A stretch of 64,000 bases of DNA from Pristiophorus japonicus (Eukaryota), in assembly GCF_044704955.1 (NCBI RefSeq), contig NC_091977.1, positions 11,160,001 through 11,224,000 of the forward strand, given 5' to 3'. A program made the position numbers and the translations under genes. The notes beneath the pieces are model-generated. The model did no database searches, was not told the DNA's origin, and saw nothing but the letters and a program-made list of their open reading frames with translations. Below are positions 38,898 to 52,344 of the stretch, in pieces (positions within the stretch are counted from its first letter, which is position 1; each line of letters starts with the position of its first letter).

Positions 38898-39925
38898 TAA
38901 CTAACTGCTGCACCTTTCCTGGGAGTGTTTGATGGGACAGTGTAGAGAGTTTTACTCTGTATCTAACCCCGTGCGGTACCTGCCCTGGGAGTGTTTGATG
39001 GGACAGTGTAGAAAGAGTTTTACTCTGTATCTAACCCCGTGCGGTACCTGCCCTGGGAGTGTTTGATGGGACAGTGTAGAGAGAGCTTTACTCTGTATCT
39101 AACCCCATGCTGTACCTGCCCTGGGAATGTTTGATGGGACAGTGTAGAGGGAAATTTATTCTGTATCTAACTCGAGCTGTACCTGCCCTGGGAGTGTAGA
39201 GGGAGCTTTACTCTGTATTTACCCCCGTGCTGTACCTATCCTGGGAGTGTTTGATGGGACAGTGTAGAGGGAGCTTTACTCTGTATCTAAAACCAAGCTG
39301 TACCTGCCCTGGGAGTGTTTGATCGGACAGTGTAGAGGGAGCTTTACTCTGTCTCTAACCCGTGCTGTACCTGCCCTGGGAGTGTGTGGTGGGACAGTGT
39401 AGAGGGAGCTTTAGTCTGTATCTAACCTGTGCTGTACCTGCCCTGGGAGTGTTTGATGGGACAGTGTAGAGGGAGCTTTATTCTGTATTTACCCCCGTGC
39501 TGTACCTGCCCTGGGAGTGTTTGATGGGGCAGTGTACAGGGAGCTTTATTCTGTATTTACCCCCGTGCTGTACCTGCCCTGGGAGTGTTTGATGGGACAG
39601 TGTACAGGGAGCTTTATTCTGTACCTAACCCCCTGTACCTGGCCTGGGAGTGTTTGATGGGACAGTGTACAGGGAGCTTTATTCTGTACCTAACCCCCTG
39701 TACCTGCCCTGGGAGTGTGTGATCGGACAGTGTAGAGGGAGCTTTACCCTGTATCTAACCCGTGCTGTACCTGCCCTGGGAGTGTTTGATGGGGCAGTGT
39801 ACAGGGAGCTTTACTCTGTATCTAACCTGTGCTGTACCTGGCCTGGGAGTGTTTGATGGGACAGTGTAGCGGGAGCTTTACTCTGTATCCTACCCATGCT
39901 GTACCTGCCCTGGGAGTGTTTGAGA
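38898..39925. repeat. 67/68-bp tandem repeat, right block (same family as 36770-37344)
   Basis: About 15 more diverged copies resume immediately after the RTE tail. Confidence 0.95.
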
Positions 39926-39968
39926 CAGACACTGTAATGGAAAATGTTGCCTCAGTAGTTGCAGAGTC

Positions 39969-41448
39969 TGTTGGAGTTTTTGAGGACTATAGGGGGTGGT
40001 GTGTGGGGTCAGTTTGCCTTCCCTGACCCAGAGTGGTTGCGAGTCGCTCCCACTTCCTGGTTCTCGAGCCTGGATTTATTAATCAGGGTGTGATAAAGTA
40101 CAGCAGACAACTGTTTTATACAAAGAAATGTATGATTTTTATTCAAGAAGAATGAATACATCTTTTATTAAAACTGAGAAAATTTATCACTTGAGATGAG
40201 ACAAAACATATAATTTTAAATGAGAGAAAACTTATCACTCTAATGGGGAATCCTTTACTCAAACGCAAGAGAATACACAACAGTACAACACCTCCCAGCT
40301 CCCAATTCCCCTATCTAACTAGGTTAGGCTCTGGGGCTTCAGGGACTATGCTCACCAATCCTTCTTTGACAGTCGGTAATGGGTCCCGGTTTTGGGGTGC
40401 GTTGGATTTTGTCAATTCTGCGAGCCGTACCCCGAACATAGGAGAGGACTTCTTGCTGCGTGTTCCTCAGTTGGGTGGTATCCGCTGATGTGGTAGGGCG
40501 CGTATTGGATTTATGGGGTAAGTACCCACTTTCTTCCTTCAGTAGCAGGTTTTAAAATTCTTTTAGGTAATGTTTTACCCGTTTGGTAACGAGATAGCTT
40601 GTAGAGTGGAAACACCTTGCGAATCTCCGGGTTTTCGTCGATTGACTTCGGTTTGGAAATTGTTGGTTGCAGTGGCTCAATATTACCAATTTGGTTGCTG
40701 GTAATAGCTTGGTGGTTGTTCTGTGAGCCTCTTGCTGCCGCAGCGTGCTTGGTGTCCTGGTCGTTTGCGATGCTGTCTTGGTTGATGTTCTGAAGAACCA
40801 GGTTAACGAAGCTTGTGTGCTAGTCTTGAAGTCTGCCAGGTCTGAAGCATACGAAGCTGGTGTAGAAGCCAAGTGCAGTCCTGGCTGTAAAAACAGGCCT
40901 TAATTATACTTTGAGAGACTTCCTTATTTGTCCCCAAATCAACCTTGGTTCTTTGTTTAGGTTTTGCAGCCCAGCTAACTGAAACTTGATTAAGTTTTAA
41001 TCTGGCGTTGATAGACTTTTCTGAGTTGATGAGCTCTTGTCCATTGTGCTAGCTGTTTTTTGTCCCAGAAGTCTGGCCTGAGCCAGGTATTTCGATGCCT
41101 GTTGAAAAGCTGTTGGAATATGTAGGTGACATTTGGGTCCTCTGGGTGGGGTGATAATGTTTCTTCCATGGTCGATTGTTTAAATGCTAATGTTTTCTAG
41201 GGGCAGGTTTCAGGGGGTAACAGTTCCCAGACAATTTGATTAGCTTCAATGTCCAGAGATTGACCCCACCCCTTTTCTTGCAGACCCAACATTCACCTTT
41301 TAAAAATCCCAAACTTGGTTAAAACTCGTAGATTTCTTCCATAAGCATTTTAAGATCCCAAACTTTCTGGTAGATAGTTCCAAAATAAATTTCCTTTCCA
41401 ATGAGTCCAAACTCTGGGGGGTTCTCCCATGAATTTTGCAACTCTACA
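39969..41448 (-). mobile_element. LTR-like element (~1.5 kb, probable solo LTR)
   Basis: TGTTGGAGTT...AACTCTACA imperfect inverted termini with TG/CA. Minus-strand AATAAA signals at ~40140 and ~40165. No clear TSD and no coding similarity. Confidence 0.4.
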
Positions 41449-41510
41449 CGACAATATTTTAACCTATTGCATTATCTCTCATTCTCAATATATGTCTCGC
41501 TTTTCCAGTA

Positions 41511-41614
41511 TATATAAATATCTCTGCTCTTGCTCAACATAAATGGACTTCTCTTTAGCTGCTAAATTCAATAAGGTTGATCAACAGTTTCCACAGAATT
41601 CACAGGAAGTGAAG
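41511..41614 (+). promoter_or_regulatory. Candidate promoter of the Ig-superfamily gene: TATA-like box and ETS/PU.1-type site
   Basis: TATATAAATA at 41511-41520. CAGGAAGTGAAG at 41603-41614 (ETS core, close to an ETS-IRF composite), ~90 bp upstream of the ATG. Confidence 0.4.
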
Positions 41615-41694
41615 AAACACTTCGAGCAACTTCTGCATTTTGTCAGGAGACAAGAAGCAGCGAGGGAGAAGGACAAAACAGCGGAGAGCTGGCG

Positions 41695-41755
41695 ATGAAT
41701 TCTCTCTATGTTTGGCTTCCCACAGTCCTGCTGTCGGTCTCGGTGCAGGGTCACA
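41695..41755 (+). CDS. Siglec-15-like receptor exon 1: signal peptide MNSLYVWLPTVLLSVSVQGH
   Basis: ATG with purine at -3 (GGCGATG), a hydrophobic core, and a phase-1 donor A|GTAGGT matching the phase-1 acceptor of the V exon. Confidence 0.65.
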
Positions 41756-42699
41756 GTAGGTGCTTTCCATTACATTGCCCCTTCTTGATTACCTGATCTC
41801 CTCTCCTCCTTATTGTTCCCAACCCTGGTGGTGTCCAGCACGATGTGCCGTGCCCTTGGCCCCATGGTATCTCAACCTGAGAAAACATTTGGCTTGTCAA
41901 GCAACTATCAATGCAGAATAAGATTGCTGAACTGAAGCAGTACCAGCAGAGCTCGAGAAGCCCATAGAAGCTGAGGGGAACTTTCATGGTGTGAGCGGAG
42001 AAAGAGACCGCTGCAGTCATTGCCCGGTTTTAGGGGAACTCATTGCCCGTCAGATAACGGTGAGGCTAATGGCGCTCACTTCTTATTTCTGGTCCCGCAA
42101 CTTCAGGCGAGGGCCAGACGCGCGGTTATGCGCAGAAATCCAAAAGTTTCTGCTTCATGAAATCGGCATCTCGCAGCCTGGCTCACCGCTGAAATGCATT
42201 GAACGGCGAGGAGTTGCTGTATTTGCGCGGTCGATATGAACTAAACTTAGCGCAGGAAGTTAAGGCTTGTCCATTTCGGTCTAAATGCCCTTTTGACAAT
42301 GTGGTGAGTGTTACTTTGCTGCCAGTCAACCACTCTGGCACTGAAAATGAACTGTTACAAGTGTGGAGTCTCCTTCCTTCAGCTTTTAATTGTTGGTGAT
42401 TTTTAAAAAATGTACCTTTTCTTTTACTTTTCTTCTCTGTCTCTATTTTTTCTTCTCCCTTAATCCAATCTTTCTTCCCCTTTCTTAATTTGTCATTGAA
42501 TTCGCTCACACTTTCTTTCTCAGTCCTTACGCTGTAATGTTACAATCCTCTAATCTGATTGTTTAAGGAGATACACAATTGCTTGTCCGTTTGTTCTCGC
42601 TGTGATGTTATCAACTCGCATCTTCAGCAACTTGACACAGAAAAAATGTAAACGCCTAAGCATACAAGGGCAAGTCCAACTGACGGCAGGCACCATTAG

Positions 42700-43130
42700 A
42701 TACCAAAACTGCATTGAATTGCATCATATTTATAGCACAGAAACAGGCTATTTGGCTCAACTGGTCTATGCCGTTCCACAGGAGTCTCCTCCCACCCTAC
42801 TTAATCTAACCCTCTCAACATATCCTTCTATTCCTGTACATATCCAGCTTCCCCTTAAATGCATCTGTGCTATTCACCTCAACTACTCCATATGGTGGCG
42901 AGTTCCACATTCTCTGGGTAAAGAAGTTTCTCCTGATTTCTTCCTGATTTATTAGTGGCTATCTTATATTTCTGTCCCCTAGTTTTGGATTCCTCCATAT
43001 CTTCTCCAAGTCTATCCTATCGACCCTTTCATAATTTTGAAGACCTCTATCAGATCATCCCTCAGTCTTCTCTTTTCGAGAAGAAAGAGCCACAGCCTGT
43101 TCAGTCTTTCCTGGTAGTTACAACCCTCTC
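42700..43130 (-). mobile_element. Old degenerate CR1 3' fragment
   Basis: Remnant CR1 3'UTR and C-terminal motifs (acagaaacaggctatttgg..., ctctgggtaaagaagtttctcc). Confidence 0.5.
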
Positions 43131-43327
43131 ATTTTTCCCGCTGTATTTTAAATTTTTATCAATGAGTCTAGCTTTGCCAAAACATTTTATTCATTCTCTT
43201 TGCTGCGTAACCTGTCTTTGGGACTGGTGGTCTTGCTCACGAGGTGAGCTGCCTTCTCCACAGTCGTCTTGCCATTTTTGGAGGAGGCATTGTGAGCGAT
43301 CTCGGCACCGTAAGTCCTGTTGCTCAT

Positions 43328-45485
43328 CACTAGAATCATAGAACATTGCAACACAGAAGGAGGCCATTCAGCCCATCATGTCCGTGCTGGTTAAAAAAGA
43401 GTTACCCAGCCTAATTCCACTTTCCAGCTCTTGGTCCATAGCCCTATAGGTTATTGCACTTCACGTACGCAATGAAGTACTTTTTAAATGTGATGAGGGT
43501 TTCTGCCTCTACTACCCTTTCAGGCAGTGAGTTCCAGACCCCCTCCACCCTCTGGGTGAAGAATTGTTTCCTCATCTTCCCGCTAATCCTTCTAATAATT
43601 ACTTTAAATCTATGACCCCTGGTTGTTGACCCCTCTGCTAAGGGAAATAGGTCCTTCCTATCCACTCTATCCAGGCCCCTCATAATTTTATACACCTCAA
43701 TTAAATCTCCCCTCAGCCTCCTCTGTTCCAAGGAAAACAACCCCAGCCTATCCAATCTTTCCTCATAGCTAAAGTTTTCAAGTCTTAGCAACATTCTCGT
43801 AGACCTCCTCTGCACCCTCTCCAATGCAATCACATCCTTCCTGTAATGTGGTGACCAGAAATGTAGTACTCAAGCTGTGGCCTAACTAGTATTTTATGCA
43901 GTTTAAGCATAACCTCCCTGCTCTTGTATTCAATGCCTCGGCTAATAAAGGAAAGCATTCCATATTCCTTTTTAACTAATGTATCGACCTGTCCCCCTAC
44001 CTTTAAGGATCTATGGACATATACTCCAAGGTCCCTCTGTTCCTCCACATTGCTCAGTATCCTCCCATTTAATGTGTATTCCCTTGCCTTGTTGCCCCTC
44101 CCCAAATGCATTACCTCACACTTTTCCAGATTGAATTCCATTTGCTAATTTTCTGCCCAACTGACCAATTCATCGATATCTTCCTGCAGTCTCGAGCTTT
44201 CCTCACTTTCAACCACACCGCCAATTTATGTATCATCTGCAGATTTCTTTATCATGCCCCCTACATTTAAGTCTAAATCATTAATATATACTACAAAAAG
44301 TAAGGGACCAAGTTCTGAGCCCTGTGGAACCCCACTGGAAACAGCCTTCCAGTCACAAAAGCTCCCCTCATCCATTACCCTTTGCTTCCTGCCACTGAGC
44401 CAATTTTGAATCCAATTTGCCCCTCTCCCTTGTATCCCATGGCCTTTTACATTTTTGATCAGCCTACCATGTGGGACCTTGTCAAAAGTCTTGTTAAAAT
44501 CCATGAAAACTACATCAAAAGCACTGCCCTCATCGACCCTCCTGGTTATCTCCTCAGAAAATTCAATCAAGTTAGTCAGAAACGACCTTCCTTTAACAAA
44601 TCCATACTAACTGTCCTTGATTAACCTGTGTCTTTCAAAATGAAGGTATATACTATCGCTCAGAATTGATTCCAGTAATTTGCCCACCACAGAGGTTAAA
44701 CTAGCTGACCTGTAATTGCTTGGTTTATCTCTTCCTCCCTTTTTAAACAATGGTACAACATTAGCAGTTCTCCAATCCTCTGGCACAACACCTGTAGCCA
44801 GGAAGAATTAAAAAATGATGGTCAGATCCTCCGCAATTTCCTCCCTTGCTTCTTTTAGTAGCCTCGGATATATTTCATCCAGTCCTGGTGAATTATCTAC
44901 TTTCAAGAATGCTAAACCCCTTAAAAATTCGTCTCTTATTATGTTAATCCCATCCAATATTTCACCATCTTCCTCATGAACTTTAACGTCGGCATCGTGT
45001 CTTTTGTGAAGACAACTGCAAAGTATTCATCAAGTTCCTTATTCACATCCTCTGCATTCACACATAGATCACCATTTTAGTCCATAACAGGCCCTATTCT
45101 TTCCATAGTTATTCTCTTGCTCTTTATGTAATTGCAAAACATCTTTGGATTTTCTTTGATTCTACTTGCCAGTATTTTTTCAAGCCCTCTTTTTGCTTTC
45201 CTAATTTCCTTCTTAATTTTACCCCTGCACTTTCTAGGCTTTCTGCAGTATTGAGCTCATGATATCTGATATAGACTTCCCTTTTTAGCCTTATCTTACC
45301 CTATATGCACCTTGGATTCCAGGGGGCTCTACATTTAGCAGTTCTACCCTATTTCTTTGTGGGAACATGTTTACCCTGAACTCCAAGTACTTCCCTCTTG
45401 AATGCCACCCACTGTTCTGGCACTGATTTACCTTCAAGTAACTGTTTCCAGTCCACTTTTGCTAAATTACTTCTCAGCCAAGTAG
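43328..45485 (-). mobile_element. 5'-truncated degenerate CR1 LINE (different subfamily) in intron 1
   Basis: ORFs 43444..43833, 43830..44141 and 44226..44570 with FDKVPH, GVPQGS and ADDT motifs; AGAATCATAGAA tail. Confidence 0.9.
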
Positions 45486-46267
45486 AACATCCGGCTCCTT
45501 GATATTGGGGACTGAAAATTTCTTGAATTCCAAGGGCAGCATGTCTTAAATCTTCTTGTTGCTGCCATAACTGATGTTTGGCGTAAGAACCTGACCCTTA
45601 AAGCTCCTGCCAATCGCTCTGGGTTTGTGCCCGTTACGCACCATCTTCACCTTGTGTCAACAACTTTGGGTTTTCCGACTTCAATTCAGTTCAGTGGAAT
45701 ACAGTGGGGATCCCTTTGTATGAGCTGCTGTGATGTCTACGCAGCCAATCAAACAAATGGACAAACTTTAAAAGAAATGTAAAATGGTTTGGAGAAAAGT
45801 TTCATAAAAATTTAAACTTTTATTAAAATGGACCAATTTCACACTGTACAAAATTAAAATAAGCTTTCCAGGCCCTTAACCTTTGTTTAGCAGTGAATAC
45901 ATTGTTAAAACTCTTGGTGTAACAACCTTTAGTGGGGAATTTAACAGCGTGCTTACTGTGGGGGGGGGGGGGGGGGGGCGCGGTGGCAGGCGGAGGTGAG
46001 GAGGGGGAACAGCACAGCCTGTGTCAAAGCTGTCGATGACTGGCAGCAACTTCAGGATTTGCTCATGTGTCAACTCCCAAAGTTGCGGTCAGTTTCAAAG
46101 GCGGAATGACAGTGAATGCTGCTTGTTTACCCAACTGCAAATTCCGGGCAAGGGTTTAGAATATTAGGTCGTGCCTGACAAATCCAGTGGATCTCATTAA
46201 CGAATTCACTTATTCAGTATAGAAGTTGCATGAATTTCAGAAGGCACTGCTTAACGTTCCATATTGG

Positions 46268-49200
46268 AAACATAAGAACATAAGAAATAAGAGCAGGAGT
46301 AGGCCACCTGGCCCCTCGAGCCTGCTCCGCCATTTAATAAGATCGTAGCTGATCTGATTATGGACTCAGCTCCACTTCCCTGCCCGCTTCCCATAACTCT
46401 TTATGCCCTGGTCGCTCAAAAAATCTGTCTATCTCCGTCTTAAATATATTCAATGACCCAGCCTCCACAGCTCTTTGAGGCAGAGAATTGCACAGATTTA
46501 CAATCCTCTGAGAGAAGAAATTCCTCCTCCTCTCAGTTTTAAATGGGTGACCCCCCCATTTTAGTTTCCCCTATGAGTGGAAATATCCTCTCTGCATCCA
46601 CCTTGTCGAGCCCCCTCATTATCATATGTTTCGATAAGGTCACCTCTCATTCTTCTGAACTCCAATGTGTACAGGCCCAACCTACTCAACCTTTCTTCAT
46701 AAGTCAACCCCCTCATCTCCGGAATCAATCTAGTGAACTTTCTCTGAACAGTCTCCAATGCAAGTATATCCTTCCTTAAATACGGAGACCATAACTGTAC
46801 GCATACTCCAGGTGTGACCTCACCAATACCCTGTACAGTTGTAGCAGGACTTCTCTGCTTTTATACTCTATCCCCCTTGCAATAAAGGCCAACATTCCAT
46901 TTGCCTTCCTGATTACTTGCTCTGCCTTCATACTAACTTCTGGTGTTTCATGCACAAGGACCCCCAGGTCTCTCTGTACTGCAGCACTTTGCAATTTTTC
47001 TCCATTTAAATTATAATTTGCTTTTCTATTTTTTCTGCCAAAGTGGATAACCTCACTTTTTGCCACATTATACTCAATCTGCCAAATTTTTGCCCAATCA
47101 TTTAGCCTGTCTATATCCCTTTTCAGATTTAGTGTGTCCTCCTCACAATTTGCTTTCCCGCCCATTTTTGTATCTTCAGCAAACTTAGCTACATTAGAAC
47201 ATAAGAAATAGGAACAGAAGTAGGCCTTACGGCCCCTCGAACCTGCTCTGCCATTTAATACGATCATGGCTGACTCAGGTCCACTTCCCTGCCCGCTCCC
47301 CATAACCCCTTATTCCCTTATCGGTTAAGAAACTGTCTATCTCTGTCTTATTATTATTCAATGACCCAGCTTCCACAGCTCTCTGAGGCAGCAAAGTCCA
47401 CAGATTTACAATCCTCTGAGAGAAGAAATTCTTCCTCATCTCATTTTAAATGGGCGGCCCCTTATTCTAAGATTATGCCCCCAAGTTCTAGTCTCTCCTA
47501 TCAGTGGAAACATTCGCTCTGCATCCACCTTGTCGAGCCCCCCTCATAATCTTATACGTTTCGATATGATCACCTCTCATTCTTCTGAATTCCAATGAGT
47601 AGAGGCCCAACCTACTCAACCTTTCTTCGCAAGTCAACCCCCTCATCTCCGGAATTAACCAATGAACCTTCTCTGAACTTCCTCCAAAGCAAGTTTTGCC
47701 CTTCTTAAGTATGGAAACCAAAACTGTACGCAGTGTTCTAGGTGTGGCCTCACAAATACCCTGTATAACTGTAGCAAGACTTCCCTGCTTTTATACTCCA
47801 TTCCATTTGCAATAAAGGCCAAGATTCCATTGGCCTTTCTGATCACTTGCTGTACCTGCATACCAACCTTTTGTGTTTAATGCACCATGACCCCCAGGTC
47901 CCGCTGTACTGCAGCACTTTGCAATTTTTCTCCATTTAAATAATAACTTGCTCTTCGATTTTTTTCTGCCAAAGTGCATAACCTCAGACTTTCCAACATT
48001 ATACTCCATCTGCCAAATTTTTGCCCACTCACTTAGCCTGTCTATGTCCTTTTTCAGGGTTTTTGTGTTCTCCTTGCACATTGCTTTTCCTTCCATCTTT
48101 GTATCATCATCAAACTTGGCTAAATAACACTTGGTCCCTTCATCCAAGTCGTTAATATAGATTGTAAATAGTTGGGGTCCCAGCACTGATCTCTGAGGCA
48201 CCCCACTAGTTACTGATTGCCAACCCAAGAATGAACCATTTATCATGACTCTCTGTTTTTTGTTAGTTAGCCAATACCCTATCCATAATATATTACCCCC
48301 AACCCTGTGAACTTTTATCTTGTGCGGTAATCTTTTATGTGGCACCTTGTCAAATGCCTTCTGTAAGTCTAAATACACCACATCCACTGGTTCCCCTTTA
48401 TCCACCCTGTACATTACATCCTCAAAGAATTCCAGCAAATTTGTCAAACATGACTTCCCCTTCATAAATCCATGCTGACTCTGTGCCTGACCGAATTTTG
48501 CTTTTCCAAATGTCCTGCTACTGTTTCTTTAATAATGGACTCCAGCATTTTCCCAATGACAGATGTTAGGCCAACTGGCTAACTAGACTAGCTGGGACCT
48601 CCCCAGAATACAGGGATTTTGGTAAATTACAATCAATGCATCCACAATCCCTGCCATTACTTCTCTTAAGACCCTAGGATGCAAGCCATCAGGTCCATGG
48701 GATTTATGCACCCTTAATCCCATTATCTTACTGAGTACCAGCTCCTTTGGGATTGTGATTGTGTTAAGTTCCTCCACCCCTATAGCCCCTTGACTATCCA
48801 CTGTTGGCATATTTTTAACATCCTCTACTGATAAAAAATATTTATTCAGAGTTTCTGCCATCTCCATGTTCCCTATCACTAATTCCGCGGTCTGGTCCTC
48901 TAAGTGACCAATATTTACTTTAGCCATTCTTTTCTTTTTTATATACCTGTAGAAACTCTTACTATCTGTTTTTATATTTTGTGCTAGTTTACTTTCATAG
49001 TCTATCTTCCCTTTCTTGATCATTTTTTTAGTCATTCTTTGCTGGCTTTTAAAAGCTTCCCAATCTTCTGTCCTCGGTCCTTTCATCCAAGTCATCAATA
49101 TAGATTGAGGCCCCAGCACCGATCCCTGCGGCACCCCAATAGTCACTGTTTGCCAACTGGAAAATGACCCATTTATCCCGCCTCTCTGTTTTCTGTTAGT

Positions 49201-49540
49201 TAGCCAATCCTTTTTCCATGCTAACATATTACCCTCAACCCCGTGAACTTTTATCTTGTGCAATATCCTTTTATATGCCACCTTATTGAATGCCTTCTGG
49301 AAATCCAAATACACCACATCCACTGGTTTCCCCTTATCCACCCTGCTCGTTACATCCCCAAAGAACTCCAGCAAATTTGTCAAACATGATTTCCCTTTCA
49401 TAAAACCATGCTGACGCTGCTTGATTGAATTATGCTTTTCCAAATGTCCCACTACTGCTCCTTAATAATGGGCTCCAGCATTATCCCAACTACAGATGTT
49501 AGGCGAACTGGTCTATAGTCTCCTGCTTTCTGTCTGCCCC
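46268..49540 (-). mobile_element. CR1 fragment A (46268-47195 + ~49073-49540) interrupted by nested CR1 B
   Basis: 3' tail ACATAAGAACATAAG at 46268. RT sequence breaks at ...GCTACATT (47195) and resumes CTCGGTCCTTTCATCC (~49073). Confidence 0.8.
47196..49072 (-). mobile_element. Nested CR1 fragment B
   Basis: Has its own 3' tail (AGAACATAAGAAATAGG) at 47196, RT ORF 47791..48465, and pre-RT sequence up to EDWEAFKSQQR. Confidence 0.8.
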
Positions 49541-49814
49541 CATGACACATGAAACAGTTGGAAAAAGGCTGGCATGGTAATAAAGTAGAAAATGACGGTA
49601 AATAGACAAGACTCTGTAGTGAGGGCCCTGAGTGCTGTTCTTCAGACACCTCCTGGTCTCCTGACACAACCGAGAGATTTGAGAAAAGTCTTACGCACAT
49701 TATCAGCGCCAGAAAACGCAGGACCAAACCCACCCTTCAAACAAACAAAGCGACAAAACTTCAAAAACAACAGAGACCTGCAATCTAACCTAGGGAACAG
49801 ATGGTAGTTACAAA

Positions 49815-50560
49815 CCACCCGAACCCCTCGATTAGATTCCAAACTGTAACTCAGTCCCAGGTATCCATTATTGTATATATAGACCTCCCGAACCCCTCGA
49901 TTAGGTTCCAGCCTGTAACTCACTCCCAGGTATACATTATTGTATATATAGACCTCCCGAATCCCTCGATTAGGTTCCAGCCTGTAACTCACTCCCAGGT
50001 ATCCATTATTGTATATATAGACCTCCCGAACCCCTCGATTAGATTCCAGCCTGTAACTAACTCATTTCCAACTATCTATTATTGTATATATATAAACTCC
50101 CCGAACCCTGGATTAGATTCCAGCCTGTAATTCTCCCCCTGATATCCATTATTGTATATATAAATCTCCCGAACCCCTCGATTGGATTCCAGCCTGTAAC
50201 TCAGTCCCAGGTATCCATTATTGTATATATAGACCTCCCGAACCCCTCGATTAGGTTCCAGCCTGTAACTCACTCCCAGGTATACATTATTGTATAGATA
50301 GAACTCCCAAACCCCTCGATTAGGTTACAGCCTGTAACTCACTCCCAGGTATCCATTATTGTATATATAGACCTCCCGAACCCCTCGATTAGGTTCCAGC
50401 CTGTAACTAACTCATTTCCAACTATCTATTATTGTATATATATAAACCCCCCGAACCCTGGATTAGATTCCAGCCTGTAATTCTCCCCCTGATATCCATT
50501 ATTGTATATATAAATCTCCCGAACCCCTCGATTGGATTCCAGCCTGTATGTCACTCCACA
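49815..50560. repeat. 69-bp tandem repeat (~10-11 copies) ending just upstream of exon 2
   Basis: GAACCCCTCGATTAG... at 49821, 49890, 49959 and onward; a multi-unit block is duplicated (~50055 vs ~50400). Confidence 0.9.
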
Positions 50561-50714
50561 GTGTCCGATGCCCATGTATAAACCATCCCAATCTGACCGT
50601 GTGATGTTGTATCTGTTGTCACTATATAACTGACTCAGTATATTGTCTCGCAGTATGTTTTCCAAACACTGAGTCTGACCCAGTGCTGTGTTAATGTTGT
50701 CTCTCTCTCCACAG

Positions 50715-51101
50715 AGCTTTCTGCCAATGGCTGGACAATGACCATCGCGGATGCAGTGAGTGCTGAGGAAGGGAGGTCCGCTGTCTTGCCGTGCAGTTTC
50801 ACCCACCCACCCACTGATCGCCTGCTCACCGGCACTGTGAAATGGTTCAAAGTGCACTCATTGGAAGATATTTTTACCTGCACGTATTCTGGTCTGGGCC
50901 ATTCACAGGGCGAGCTGTGTGAGATTGTGAGGCAGCAGGAAGGCGGGAATCGATTCAGATTCGTGGGGAACCTCAGCAACAACGATGTTTCGATAATGAT
51001 GGAGCGGCTGAGCCAGGCGGACAATGCTGGTTATCGGTGTCGTGTGGAGCTCAATATTGGCAACTTTGGAACATCGAAAGGAACGGATCTGAGTGTGAGA
51101 G
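50715..51101 (+). CDS. Siglec-15-like receptor exon 2: V-set Ig domain 1 with essential Arg
   Basis: Acceptor CTCTCTCTCCACAG|, donor G|GTGAGG, 387 nt, phase 1-1. WTMTIADAVSAEEGRSAVLPCSFTHP...W...FTC...ELC...RFRFVGNLSNNDVSIMMERLSQADNAGYRCRVE matches Siglec-15 D1 as recalled (WSMQVPPEVSAEAGDAAVLPCTFTHP...FRC...ELC...RFRLLGN..YFCRVE). Confidence 0.92.
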
Positions 51102-51388
51102 GTGAGGATCAATGTTCAGGGGCTGTCGCTGCTCCGATAGCTCAGTGGGGAAAGGATCCACCTGGTTCGGTGAGTCTCGGGTTTAAACACCGTTCTTCGT
51201 TGATCTGAAGCAGGAGGCAGTAAGAAGGAAAGGGAGTAGAGACGAGCATTGAAAAGCTTTTAAACGTGTCTCCGATAGTGTGTTTCACATAGCCTCACTG
51301 GTTTGACGTGTTCAAGCTCGCTTCAGTGGTTCTGGGCTGGGGAGCACAAAAAACATCATGGGGGATTCTAGCTCCAAGATTTCTACCA

Positions 51389-51860
51389 AGCTTGATGGTA
51401 TCAGACCCATGTCCTCAGCCAATCGGGGCTCGGGAGGTACCAGCCTCACTACGACCTCAGCCAATGGGGGCTCGATGGTACCATCTATTGGCATTGGCTG
51501 AGGACATGGTGAGGCTGGTACCATCGAGCCCCCATTGGCTGAGGACATGGGGCTGATACCATTGAGCCCCCATTGGCTGAGGACATGGGGCTGGTACCAT
51601 CGAGCCCCCATTGGCTTAGGACATGGGTCTGGTACCATCGAGCCCCCATTGGCTAAGGTCGTGGTGAGGCTGGTACCTCCCGAGCCCCGATTGGCTGAGG
51701 ACATGGGTCTGATACCATCAAGCTCCCATTGGCTGAGGACATGGTGAGGCTGGTATCATCGAACGACCATTGGCTGAGGACATGGTGGGGTTGGTAAATA
51801 CCTAGCCCCCATTGGCTGAGGCCATGGTAGCGCTGGTACATTCCCAGCCCCCATTTGGTG
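51389..51860. repeat. ~38-41 bp CCAAT-containing minisatellite with a 95-bp inverted duplicate at its left end
   Basis: CCCCATTGGCTGAGGACATGG..CTGGTACCATCGAG units; 51389-51483 is the reverse complement of 51630-51724. Confidence 0.85.
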
Positions 51861-52344
51861 TGGCCATGCTGGGATGACTATCATTCCCTTTCCCTCCCCC
51901 CACCACCAAATAACCTGCCAACAGTCGCTGTTTAGGCTCGTCCATGAGGAAGGATTCCTTGGTCCAAGTTCCTAACAACAGTCGGCGACCATGTTAAGTA
52001 GGAAAGAAAATGGGTAACAAACATGCTCCATGGATGGTATAGCTAAGGATGAGGTTGAAAGAGACCCAGGAGGCTTGGGAGACTCGAATCTCAATAAGTC
52101 CAACCAATGCAGAGCACCAATCAACTAAACCAGTAGAGTGCTGAATAATGTTCTCTCTCTCTTCTTTTGGATCCACGGCCTCTTTAAGGGGCTGCGCGGC
52201 CCATTCACAGTTAATTTATATTGAAAAGGCCGGCCCCAGGCTGCGTGGGGACCGCACCTTACCGGAAACGTTGGTGTTGAACTACATAGCCAAAACAATA
52301 AGGTATGAGTCAGGAATTCATGACCAAACTGTACAGTTATCTGA

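Noticed and set aside
45960-45978. Poly-G run (and poly-C at 60811-60832)
   Set aside because: These are simple homopolymers within repeat-derived intronic DNA; their length is unreliable and there is no functional evidence.
48583-49452. 289-aa ORF with RT motifs placed before pre-RT motifs (apparent domain permutation)
   Set aside because: It is a chance in-frame junction of two nested CR1 copies at ~49073.
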